From assembly GCA_965223545.1 (NCBI GenBank), contig OZ245006.1, positions 5,120,001-5,184,000 of the forward strand: DNA of 64,000 nt, read 5' to 3'. This document shows, one piece after another, positions 11,852-20,569 of the stretch (position 1 is the first letter of the stretch; each line of letters begins with the position of its first letter). The notes beneath the pieces are model-generated. The model was not told where the DNA came from. It did not search any database and was given only the letters and a program-made list of their open reading frames with translations. A program made the position numbers and the translations under genes. Source of the DNA: Planctomycetota bacterium (GTDB lineage: Bacteria > Planctomycetota > UBA1135 > UBA2386).

Positions 11852-12877
11852 TCAGCGTCTCCGGCGCGCGGCGATCGCGATCGCCCCGAGTACCAGGCAG
11901 ATGGTGATTGCCCATGGGCCGCCCAACGATTCCGCCGGCAGCCAGCGTTGCCCGCCGTATGCGTCGATCGCCCGTGCCGAGGGCAGCGCCTCGCTCCGAC
12001 TGGCGACGAGGAGGACGCCGGCCGCCGCCGGGATCGCCACTGCCAGGGACATCGAGTGGCGCAACAGCATGGCCAGCAACAGGGCGAGCGCGCAGGGAAG
12101 ACCGAACGTCAAGGCGGCCAGGGCCGCGTTGAGCCAGGCCGGGTACCGGCCGGTTCCGAGTCCGACGACCGACCCCTCGGGCCACAGCAGCCACAGACCG
12201 TCGCCGCTGCCCTCGATCTCGAGCTCCTTCACGGTGGTATCGGCGAACTGCAAGTGCAGGCCGGCGCCGCTTCCCTCGATCCGCAGCGTCCCCTCGTGCA
12301 GTGGGCGACCATCGGCGCGCACCGCGATCTCGGCCGCCGCCGCATCCCCTTGCCCCGCGTGCACCGCCAACGGGCTGATCCGGACCGCCGACAGACTCCG
12401 GTCGGAGTTCGCCAGCAGCCGCAGCACCGGTTGTTCCGGGCCGAGGATCGGCCGCCCCTGCGCCAGAAACGCGACGTGCGCGCGCACGGGGCCCGCGTCG
12501 CGTTCCGACAATGCCAACAAACCGTGGAAGGCGATGCCGACGATCGGCAGGGCGAGCGACAGCACCAGGAGGGCACCGGCCGCCATCGGCAGGCAGCCGT
12601 CGACCGCAGCGGGGTGAAGGCGCGCGACCAACCCGGCACCCGCGCGGTCGCGGGTCATGAGCGGCCACCCCTGCAGCGCCGCGGCGACGCCGGCGATCGC
12701 CACCAGCAGGACCGGTAGCTGCAGCCAGAGGCGGGCGTCGCTGTGCAGGTCGATGCCGGCGTCGGCCAGGACCGGAATGCTGTGCACGCCGAGGGCGGAG
12801 AGGCCGAGGCCGAGCGCCGCCGGGGCCCATACGTGCCGCGCGGTGTGCAGCGCGCCCAGGAGTGCTACGGCCTTCAC
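11852..12877 (-). CDS. Multi-pass membrane protein, probable ABC permease partner
   Basis: Several hydrophobic helices; GTG start overlaps the TGA of the ABC ATPase (GTGA at 12874-12877). Confidence 0.6.
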   Translation of the reverse strand: MKAVALLGALHTARHVWAPAALGLGLSALGVHSIPVLADAGIDLHSDARLWLQLPVLLVAIAGVAAALQGWPLMTRDRAGAGLVARLHPAAVDGCLPMAAGALLVLSLALPIVGIAFHGLLALSERDAGPVRAHVAFLAQGRPILGPEQPVLRLLANSDRSLSAVRISPLAVHAGQGDAAAAEIAVRADGRPLHEGTLRIEGSGAGLHLQFADTTVKELEIEGSGDGLWLLWPEGSVVGLGTGRYPAWLNAALAALTFGLPCALALLLAMLLRHSMSLAVAIPAAAGVLLVASRSEALPSARAIDAYGGQRWLPAESLGGPWAITICLVLGAIAIAARRRR

Positions 12878-13758
12878 CGTTGCTCCGGCTCCCGGTCGGG
12901 CGCGCGCTCGCCGGCCACGGGCTCGCCGGCCGCCAGGCGCCGGTAGAGGGAGTAGAGGTGCCGGCGCTCGGCGCGCACCTCGACGAGCTCGCCGCCCGCG
13001 CCGGCGATGGCGTGCTCGACCGTCGGCATCGCCGCATCGGTCAGCCCCCGGACCACGAGCTCGCGGGCGCCGGTCGCCAACAGCGCGTCGAGGGCGCCGC
13101 TGGCCCGGCACTCGCCGCCGTGCAGGACGTAGACCCGGTCGCACAGCTGCTCGATCTCCTGCAGATCGTGTGATGCGATCAGCGCGGTGGCGCCGCCGTC
13201 GACGCGGGCGCGGATCAGATCGCGCACCATCAGCGAGCCATCGGGATCCAGGCCGGAAGTCGGCTCGTCGAGCAGGAGGACTTCGGGTGTCGCCATCAAC
13301 GCCGCCGCCAGCGCCAGCCGGCGGCGCATGCCGGTGGAGAACGTGCCGTGGCGTCGGTCTGCCACCGCGCTGAGGCCGAGCTGGTCGAGATGCGTGGTGG
13401 CGTGCATCTGCGCGGTGCGGCGGTCGAAGCCCATCAGTGTCCCGGTCAGCGTCAGGAAGGTCTCCGCCGACAGGTTGGCGAACGGGAGCGGGCCCTCCGG
13501 TTGGTAGCCGACACGGCCGGTCAGTGTGCGGCTGGTCGGCGCGGTGCCCAGCACGCGGGCGTGGCCCGCGCTGGGTCGTTGGACCCCGGCGAGGACCGCG
13601 AGCAAGGTGCTCTTGCCGGAGCCGTTGGGGCCGAGCACGCCGACGATCTCGCCGGCGGCGGCAGTGAGCTCGAGATCGCGGAGTGCGGCTACCGGTGTGC
13701 GTCGCCAACCGCGCCGAAACGTGACCGACAGACCGGAGGTGGAGACGGCGGGTTCCAC
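12874..13758 (-). CDS. ABC transporter ATP-binding protein
   Basis: Walker A GPNGSGKST, signature FSTGM, Walker B LLLDEPTSGLD, H-loop SHDL. Confidence 0.93.
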   Translation of the reverse strand: MEPAVSTSGLSVTFRRGWRRTPVAALRDLELTAAAGEIVGVLGPNGSGKSTLLAVLAGVQRPSAGHARVLGTAPTSRTLTGRVGYQPEGPLPFANLSAETFLTLTGTLMGFDRRTAQMHATTHLDQLGLSAVADRRHGTFSTGMRRRLALAAALMATPEVLLLDEPTSGLDPDGSLMVRDLIRARVDGGATALIASHDLQEIEQLCDRVYVLHGGECRASGALDALLATGARELVVRGLTDAAMPTVEHAIAGAGGELVEVRAERRHLYSLYRRLAAGEPVAGERAPDREPEQR

Positions 13759-13862
13759 TGAACGCTCGATGATGTCTTTCTAAAACGGGCTGTCGGTTGA
13801 TGCTATCGTGCACGGCGCGCCCCGGCCCGCCACTGCAAACAGCCAAGGTCCGCCTCCGCAAG

Positions 13863-14642
13863 ATGTCTGGTATCCTCGTGTTTCCCGACGGCAACACCGT
13901 CGACGTTCGCGATGGCCTCGTGATCGGCCGCGTCGCGCAGTGCGACGTCACGATCGCCGACACCAAGGCGTCGCGCCGGCACGCGCGGCTCGTGGTGCAG
14001 GGCACGGTCGTCGAGATCGAGGACCTCGGCAGCAGCAACGGCACGTTCTTGAACGGCTCGCGCGTGCAGCGGCGGGTGCTGCGCAGTGGCGACGAGATCG
14101 CCATCGGCAAGACGGTCCTGCGGTTCTCGGATGGTGCGGGTGCGGGCGCCGGGCACGGCGACGAGCCTGCCGCCGGCGAGGATCTGTTCGGCGATGTCGA
14201 GGGCACCGGGATGCCCGGCGCCGATCTGGAGGGCGATCCGCGGACCGGGTTCGTCGAGCCGCCGCCGCCGTCGCGGCCGGCTGCGGGATCGACGCCCGCT
14301 GCCCGGGACGGGGTGACCGAGGGCAAACCGCCGGCACCGGCCGACGCCCCGCCGCCGGCTGCCGAGGAGGTCGAGGTCTTGGAGTTCGTCGACGAGGTGG
14401 TCGAGGTGCGCAAGGCCCCGCCGCCGCCGCGCACCGCGTCGCCGCCGCGCTCGACGCAGGCGCGTTCCGCCGCCAACCGGCAGGGCGGCGTGCTGCAGTA
14501 CCAGGCCACGGCGCGCGGCAAGAGCGGGTTGTTGGGCGACGATCTGCAGCAGATGTCGACGCCGATGCGGTGGGGGCTCGTCGCCCTGGCGGTCGCGGCC
14601 GCCGCCGGTCTCGGCTACGGCGCGATGCTGCTGGTGTCCTGA
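13863..14642 (+). CDS. FHA domain protein with Pro-rich linker and C-terminal TM anchor
   Basis: IGR, SRRHA, DLGSSNGTFLNG, LRSGDEIAIG. Confidence 0.88.
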   Translation: MSGILVFPDGNTVDVRDGLVIGRVAQCDVTIADTKASRRHARLVVQGTVVEIEDLGSSNGTFLNGSRVQRRVLRSGDEIAIGKTVLRFSDGAGAGAGHGDEPAAGEDLFGDVEGTGMPGADLEGDPRTGFVEPPPPSRPAAGSTPAARDGVTEGKPPAPADAPPPAAEEVEVLEFVDEVVEVRKAPPPPRTASPPRSTQARSAANRQGGVLQYQATARGKSGLLGDDLQQMSTPMRWGLVALAVAAAAGLGYGAMLLVS

Positions 14643-14656
14643 AGCGGCCGACCACC

Positions 14657-15568
14657 GTGACGATCGCCGTCTTCAGTCACGCGACCTGTGCCCGGCATCA
14701 GGCCGGCGTCGCGCATCCCGAGCGGCCGGAGCGGCTCGCAGCGGTGGCGCGCGGAGTGCGCGCCGCCGGGGTCGTGTTGGAGCACGTCGACGCGCCGGCC
14801 GCTGAGCGCGCGCAGGTGACGCGCGTGCACACGGCGGCGTTGGTGGACGCGATCGAGCAGCACGCGCCGGAGCAAGGCCTGGTGCAGATCGACGCCGACA
14901 CCGCGATGGGGGCCGCCTCGCTCGAGGCCGCCTACCGCGCCGCCGGCGCCTGCGTCGCCGCGGTCGACCGGGTCTTGTCCACCGCGCAGCGCGCCGCGTT
15001 CTGCGGTGTGCGGCCGCCCGGACACCACGCCGAGCGCGGCCGCGCGATGGGGTTCTGCTTGTTCAACAACGTCGCGATCGCGGCGCGCCACGCGTTGGAA
15101 TGCCACCAGCTGGAGCGAGTGGCGATCGTCGACTTCGACGTGCACCACGGCAATGGCACCGAAGACGCGGTCGCCGGCGACCCCCGAGTGCTGTTCTGCT
15201 CGTCCTTCCAAGAGGGCATCTACCCCGGCACCCCGCCGCCGCCCGCGGCCAACGTCGTGCACACGCCGCTGCCGGCGGGCACGGCGACGGCGGGCTTTCG
15301 CCGCGCGTTGGAGACGAGCTGGTGGCCGCGGCTCGAGCAGTTCGACCCCCAGCTGTTGTTGATCTCCGCCGGCTTCGATGCCCACGCGCGCGACCCGCTC
15401 GCCGGCCTCGCCCTGCAGGCGGAGGACTACGAGTGGGTGACGCGCCGGCTGCTGGAAGTCGTCGGTGACGCCACCGGTGGACGGGTGGTGTCGACGCTCG
15501 AGGGTGGCTACGACCTGCAGGCGCTCGAGGAGAGCGCGGCGGCGCACGTCGCCGGGCTCGCGGGGTAG
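14657..15568 (+). CDS. Histone deacetylase family protein
   Basis: HPERPER, RPPGHHA, GFCLFNNVA, DFDVHHGNGT, SAGFDAH..DPL, LEGGY; GTG start at 14657. Confidence 0.94.
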   Translation: MTIAVFSHATCARHQAGVAHPERPERLAAVARGVRAAGVVLEHVDAPAAERAQVTRVHTAALVDAIEQHAPEQGLVQIDADTAMGAASLEAAYRAAGACVAAVDRVLSTAQRAAFCGVRPPGHHAERGRAMGFCLFNNVAIAARHALECHQLERVAIVDFDVHHGNGTEDAVAGDPRVLFCSSFQEGIYPGTPPPPAANVVHTPLPAGTATAGFRRALETSWWPRLEQFDPQLLLISAGFDAHARDPLAGLALQAEDYEWVTRRLLEVVGDATGGRVVSTLEGGYDLQALEESAAAHVAGLAG

Positions 15569-15820
15569 GGCAGTGCGTCGAGAGTAGAACCAAGTGCCGG
15601 CCGGCGCGCCTTGGATAATCGTGGGAGACCTCCACGATGCGAGTTGCGGTTCGACCACGCCGACAGACGAGGGTACGCGGCTCATGAAGTTCGCGCGATC
15701 GCGCGCGCACGACCCGTTTCTTTACAGCGCCTGCACGAACTGCAAGGGAGGTGTTTGATATCTCCTAAGTCATGTCAAGGGGTTTTCGCTGGGGCTCGAC
15801 ATCGCGTGTGCACGGCTTGT

Positions 15821-17323
15821 TCAGGACTCTTCCACAAGACCAGGGAAGTGTTCTTGCATGAGATCACCGATCGGGTGAGGTTGACGTGGGGATTCCACGG
15901 CCAGGCCTGTGGCGTCCATTGGGCGGCCACTCAAGTCCCTCGTCGTCGGAGTCCCCACTCGTCCCTGTCGCCGTTGGTCGCGCTCATGCCGCTGTGGCGC
16001 GACGATGCTGCGCGTGAACTTGGCTGCGATGAGCGCGCGCGCGGCAACCTTCGTGAGCTCGTTGCCGTCGGCGTCTCGCAGGACGTAGCGGACTTGCGTC
16101 GACGCCGGCTTGTCATCGGCGCGCTGGCTGTCGCGACGCTTCAGGAGGGCGTAGACGCGGCGCGCCATCTTGCCAGCCAATGCGATGAGGATGAGGTTGT
16201 GGTGATCACCTGCGGCGTAGCGGCGAGCGTAGTACGCCGCGAAATCCGGATCCCACTGGCGAGCGACGTCAGCTGCTAGGTAGAGGTACTTCTTGAGTAC
16301 TCGTTGGCCGGTTTTGGTGATTGGCATCGAGGGGTCGCTCATGCCCGTCTGCTTCCGGCGTGGACACAGTCCGCAGTAGCTCACGAACTTCTTGCCGTTC
16401 GAGAACCGCGCGATGTCGCCTACCAAGGCTTCGATGGCCGCAGCGATCGTGGGACCGACGCCGCGCAGTTGCTCGAGTGTTCGGTCAGGATCGACGCCCA
16501 GGTAGAGCTTCTTGATCTTTGCGTCGAGCTTGCGAACGTCCGTGTTCTTGCGCTCGATCTCATCCAGCTCGTACACCACATCCTCTTGGATGGCCTCGTA
16601 GTCGAACGGCATCTGCCCCGCAGCTCGCAGCTCAGCGTAGTACTCGGCGGCCTGTCGGCAGGACTCGAGCACGCGGTCGACCAAGCACGGGTCATGCGTT
16701 CCCTTGGATCGCTTCGTCAAGAAGCGCTCCAAGCGACTCTTCCCAAGGCCGACCGCTTTCACCGGATCGACGTAGCGCCGCAGAAACCCCATCTTAGCGG
16801 CACTGAACTTCTCTGCCCCCAAGGCCTTCATGAGGCTGGGATTCGCCAGTACCAGTATCGCGTGCACACGACGCTTGTGGTCGCTGAGCTCGCGCGCCAA
16901 CCGCTCACGCCGCTTCACGAGTCGACGGATCGTCGTCTCGTCGGCAGTTGGAACACGCAGCTGGTGGACGCCCTTTGGATCCATCTGCGGCAGACGCGCA
17001 GCGGCCTCGGCGTCTACTACGTCGGTTTTGGTGTGCTTGCTATAGAACTTCCGCAGGTCGCTCAGCTTCTGTGGTTTGCTCACGTAGATCTGGAACCCTG
17101 CGGCGTTCACGTGCGCCGCGATGGGCAGCCACGCCAACCCCGTTGGTTCCATCACGAAGCTCACCGGACCCTCGGCACCTTCCTGTGCACGGCGCAGCAG
17201 AAGGTCAATACCCTCACGGCTGTTCTCGACTGAAAACGGTCTGCCCCGAGACTTCGCACCATCCAGAACGACGGCTCGGTGCTTGCTCCTCAAGCCGAGA
17301 TCCAATCCAACGAATCGATTCAT
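15821..17323 (-). CDS. IS110-family DEDD recombinase/transposase with C-terminal extension
   Basis: VGLDLG (D), VMEPTG (E), KTDVVDA (D,D); Tnp domain LRGVGP...GDIARF....FVSYCGL.P...QTG; IALAGKMAR. Confidence 0.93.
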   Translation of the reverse strand: MNRFVGLDLGLRSKHRAVVLDGAKSRGRPFSVENSREGIDLLLRRAQEGAEGPVSFVMEPTGLAWLPIAAHVNAAGFQIYVSKPQKLSDLRKFYSKHTKTDVVDAEAAARLPQMDPKGVHQLRVPTADETTIRRLVKRRERLARELSDHKRRVHAILVLANPSLMKALGAEKFSAAKMGFLRRYVDPVKAVGLGKSRLERFLTKRSKGTHDPCLVDRVLESCRQAAEYYAELRAAGQMPFDYEAIQEDVVYELDEIERKNTDVRKLDAKIKKLYLGVDPDRTLEQLRGVGPTIAAAIEALVGDIARFSNGKKFVSYCGLCPRRKQTGMSDPSMPITKTGQRVLKKYLYLAADVARQWDPDFAAYYARRYAAGDHHNLILIALAGKMARRVYALLKRRDSQRADDKPASTQVRYVLRDADGNELTKVAARALIAAKFTRSIVAPQRHERDQRRQGRVGTPTTRDLSGRPMDATGLAVESPRQPHPIGDLMQEHFPGLVEES

Positions 17324-17329
17324 GTCCCC

Positions 17330-17615
17330 TCCATGTTCAACGAGTGAGTGTCGACGAGAGGACTCTCCCTACCCGCGCAGTCCGCCTGAGGAGGCGAGTC
17401 GCCAAAACGGTTCGTGTTTCGGGGCCGTGATTTCTCACGCCGCCAATCTCCTAAATCGGGTCCCCCACGCGGGAGGAGAGTCGCAGAACCAAATGAGGGG
17501 CCGCTCGAAGCGCCACCATTGCGGCAGATCGCGAAACCTCTCCGTCGCACGCCGGGGGACCCTAAGCTCTCTTGCGGCCGATGACCAGACTCCCGACACG
17601 ACTCCTGCGGCTGCA
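17330..17615 (-). ncRNA. Candidate bridge RNA of IS110 element 1
   Basis: 9-bp stem 17458-17466/17554-17562, CGTGA-GAAA-TCACG hairpin, and TTAGGAGAT (17446-17454) identical to the element right end (15760-15768). Boundaries approximate. Confidence 0.6.
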
Positions 17616-17795
17616 CCATCGCGCGAGTCTTCCACACCGCTACGGCGCGACGGGTGTGGAGAACTCTAGCTTCGCAGATCATGGAACCACACATACCGTT
17701 GCGGCGGTGGCGCCGAGAGTTCGGCGCCAGTTCCGGCGCCCAACGGGGATTTCGCGGATCGGTCCGGCACTTGGCGGCAAACCGATCTTTGACAG

Positions 17796-20498
17796 ATGAT
17801 GGAACCCGTGCGCGGCAATCCCCGGTTGATCGATCACACTTCCTTTCTGCGTCGCCTGGCCCGCACCCTGGTCGCCCAGGAGGAACTCGCCGAGGATCTG
17901 GTGCAGGAGACCATGCTGGCTGCAATCGAACGACCGCCGGCGGCTGGCTGGGAGTTGAGAGCGTGGTTGGCCGGGGTGCTGCGCAACCGCAACCGCCTGC
18001 AGATGCGCAGGGAGAGGCGACGCAGGGAACGCGAACAGGCCAGGGCCGCTGAGGGTTGGGAACCGTCCGCTAGCGCTCAGGCGGAGCAGCTCGATCTAGC
18101 GCGACACATCCTCGATGCGGTCCACGCCCTGCAGCCGGCGCAGCGCCAAGTCGTCCTGCTGCGGTACTTCGAGGGGCTGCCGCCACGGGAGATTTCGGCC
18201 AGGCTCCGACTACCCGTCAACACCGTTCGCAGCCGCCTCCGCCGAGCAATTCGCCAACTCCGTGCCAAACTCGACCGACAGTACGGGGCGCGTAGCGTAT
18301 GGGTGTGGGTGCTTGTGCCGCAGCTCACCCCACCGCCCACACCCGTTTGCGGCGAGCCTAAGCCGTTGGCGGTGGGGGGCGCCGGGGCGACACTCTGCTC
18401 GGGTGTGTTGTTATTGGCGGCCGCAGTCGGTGTCTCTTTGCTGCCGGGAGCATTCTCCCAGCGGCTCGGTGACAGCGACCAGGTCGTTCCTGTGACCTTC
18501 GCTAACTCACGGCAGGACCGAATGGGTCACGGTCCGGCAAATCGCGACGTGGCGGCCGGCCACGCGCCGGTCATGGGTCCGCCCAGGTTGCTCGTTAAGC
18601 CCGAGGCCGCACCGTTCTTGATCCGAGGTACGGTCCTCGATGCCGGCTCCCGAACGCTGGCAGGCGTGGACATTCGGGCGCGGATGTGGGTTGGATTCAA
18701 CTCCGAGGACGATCCAGAACGGGAGCACGTCCTTTGCAGCGATGCGAACGGTCGTTTCTGTTGGAGACTCGAACGGCCAACGGAAGCGGCTACCGTCGAG
18801 TTCTTTGTCGACGGACTGGGTTACGAATCTTGGCCATTGAGGTCGCGCATCTTTCGTGACCAAGTAGAAGCGCCGTACATCACCCTCAGGGTGGTCTTGC
18901 TCGACTGCGTGATCGTGGGGCGTGTCTTAGGCGCGGGCGGTCTGCCGGTCGCTGCGGCGCAGGTTGGGCGTTCACCGGATGCTCTGCAGGACTGCAATGG
19001 AGACGGTAGTTTCTCCATACCCGGGCCATCGAACCTGCCGCTGGTCTACGTCTTCGCCAAGGCACCAGGCTACGCCATCGCGCGCGTTGCGCTTCGTACG
19101 GGCGGAAGTGGATCTTGTAATCGGGCGCAGATTCAGCTGCGACCGCGCGTCGTGCTACAGGGCCGCGTGCGAGACGGCTCAGGCAATGGCATTGCCGGGG
19201 CGCGCGTGCGCACGTTCTACTCGCACAATCCCGATGCGACAACCGATGCAGATGGGCGCTACGAGCTCCTGCTCGACGCGAGACGTCGTTACGACAAGAT
19301 CTTCGCCAGCTATCCGGGGTACGCACGTTCCACCGCCCGAATAGCAATTGGATCGAAGGATTTGATGCTGAGAGATCTTGTTCTGGAGCCCGGAGTTGCT
19401 TTGCGCGGCCACGTATTCGACGAAATGGGACGCCCATTGTCCGGCGCGGAGGTCTATTTCGGTGCAGGGCCAAATGATTCCGCTCGGGTTCACGGATTAT
19501 CGCGGGATGATGGGAGTTTCGAGCTACTCGACCTACCCTCGCGGAGGCGTCTGCTTGTTACGAGCAAGACGGGTTATGCCCCGGATGTTCGCCAGCTGCT
19601 CCCGGCGGGATTGTCGGCGCGCGTCGTTCTTGCGCAAGGACAGTCGGTGCAAGGCACGGTAGTCGATCACGAGGGGCAACCGCTGCCAGGAATCCGACTC
19701 AACGCCTTGCAGCGAGTCGGGGAAGACTTGGTTAGTCTCGAGATGCATAGCGCGAGCGATGCCAGTGGCCGTTTCTACTTCGGGCAATTGCCGGTAGGAC
19801 CGCTCGTGCTTTCGAGCTACGCCGAAGGTTATCGGGGCAGCGAAATCGAGCTCGGCCATCCACGACCCGAAGAAATACGAGTCAAGATCTCGCGGGCAGG
19901 TTCGCTCGCCGGTCGCGTGCTCGACGCGCGCACTGGGACACCCGTGGAGTCGTTCTGTGTGCGTTTACTGGAAGCTTTGCCGGGTCCGGGCGAGAAGCCC
20001 GGTTCGGCTGCCGGCTCGACCTGGGCACGCGAAGGCTACACCTTTTCTGCAGGCGACGGATACTGGAGTACGGCCGGTACCAACCTCGAGTCCGCGGCGG
20101 CGTTCATAGTTCAAGCCAGTTCTCCGGGCTACGCGCCAGCGTTCGCCAAGGCAGTCAGTAGGCCCGAGCCTGAGCTTCTTGTTCTACACCTCCAACCGGA
20201 GGCCAGTATCAGAGGCATCGTAACCGTCGGCGAGGCAGCCCAACCGTTGGAGGGTGCCTTGGTGACATTATCTGGTGGTTCGGCTGCGCACCGCGAGATC
20301 CTCGCCGAGGATAGCTATCGTCGCGTGCTCGCGCGTACCGGGCCTGACGGACGGTTCCAGCTCAAAGCCGGAGCAGGCAGGTTGCTGCTCGAGGTGCAGC
20401 ACCCGACTTGCGCCACCCGTATCGACGGACCATTCGAAGTCGCCCCGGGAGGTACCGTGAATCGCGTCATCCACGTTCGGGCTGGTGTCCCCAATTAG
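17796..20498 (+). CDS. ECF sigma factor fused to TM helix and repeated carboxypeptidase-regulatory-like (Ig-like) domains
   Basis: AEDLVQET, LRAWL, LRYFEGL...EIS.RL..PVNTVRSRLRRA; then TM and repeated GxVxDxxGxPxxGA / TDxxGRF modules. Confidence 0.85.
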   Translation: MMEPVRGNPRLIDHTSFLRRLARTLVAQEELAEDLVQETMLAAIERPPAAGWELRAWLAGVLRNRNRLQMRRERRRREREQARAAEGWEPSASAQAEQLDLARHILDAVHALQPAQRQVVLLRYFEGLPPREISARLRLPVNTVRSRLRRAIRQLRAKLDRQYGARSVWVWVLVPQLTPPPTPVCGEPKPLAVGGAGATLCSGVLLLAAAVGVSLLPGAFSQRLGDSDQVVPVTFANSRQDRMGHGPANRDVAAGHAPVMGPPRLLVKPEAAPFLIRGTVLDAGSRTLAGVDIRARMWVGFNSEDDPEREHVLCSDANGRFCWRLERPTEAATVEFFVDGLGYESWPLRSRIFRDQVEAPYITLRVVLLDCVIVGRVLGAGGLPVAAAQVGRSPDALQDCNGDGSFSIPGPSNLPLVYVFAKAPGYAIARVALRTGGSGSCNRAQIQLRPRVVLQGRVRDGSGNGIAGARVRTFYSHNPDATTDADGRYELLLDARRRYDKIFASYPGYARSTARIAIGSKDLMLRDLVLEPGVALRGHVFDEMGRPLSGAEVYFGAGPNDSARVHGLSRDDGSFELLDLPSRRRLLVTSKTGYAPDVRQLLPAGLSARVVLAQGQSVQGTVVDHEGQPLPGIRLNALQRVGEDLVSLEMHSASDASGRFYFGQLPVGPLVLSSYAEGYRGSEIELGHPRPEEIRVKISRAGSLAGRVLDARTGTPVESFCVRLLEALPGPGEKPGSAAGSTWAREGYTFSAGDGYWSTAGTNLESAAAFIVQASSPGYAPAFAKAVSRPEPELLVLHLQPEASIRGIVTVGEAAQPLEGALVTLSGGSAAHREILAEDSYRRVLARTGPDGRFQLKAGAGRLLLEVQHPTCATRIDGPFEVAPGGTVNRVIHVRAGVPN

Positions 20499-20569
20499 TG
20501 GTTTGATCTAGATAATTTCGGCGTTCAGGCAATCTCAGAAGCCAGACAACCTCGCCATGGAGCCCGTCA

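Larger units (their letters stand above)
15760..17619 (-). mobile_element. IS110-family element 1 (right end about 15760; left end tentative)
   Basis: IS110 recombinase with about 300 bp of structured upstream non-coding DNA. Right end reads TTGACA-TGAC-TTAGGAGAT on the - strand. The left boundary is a guess from a candidate AT core. Confidence 0.7.

Noticed and set aside
15600..15670. GGTTCGACC T-loop-like motif and ATCGTGG/CCACGAT hairpin suggesting a tRNA
   Set aside because: No acceptor stem, D arm or anticodon arm could be folded; treated as an ordinary intergenic hairpin.
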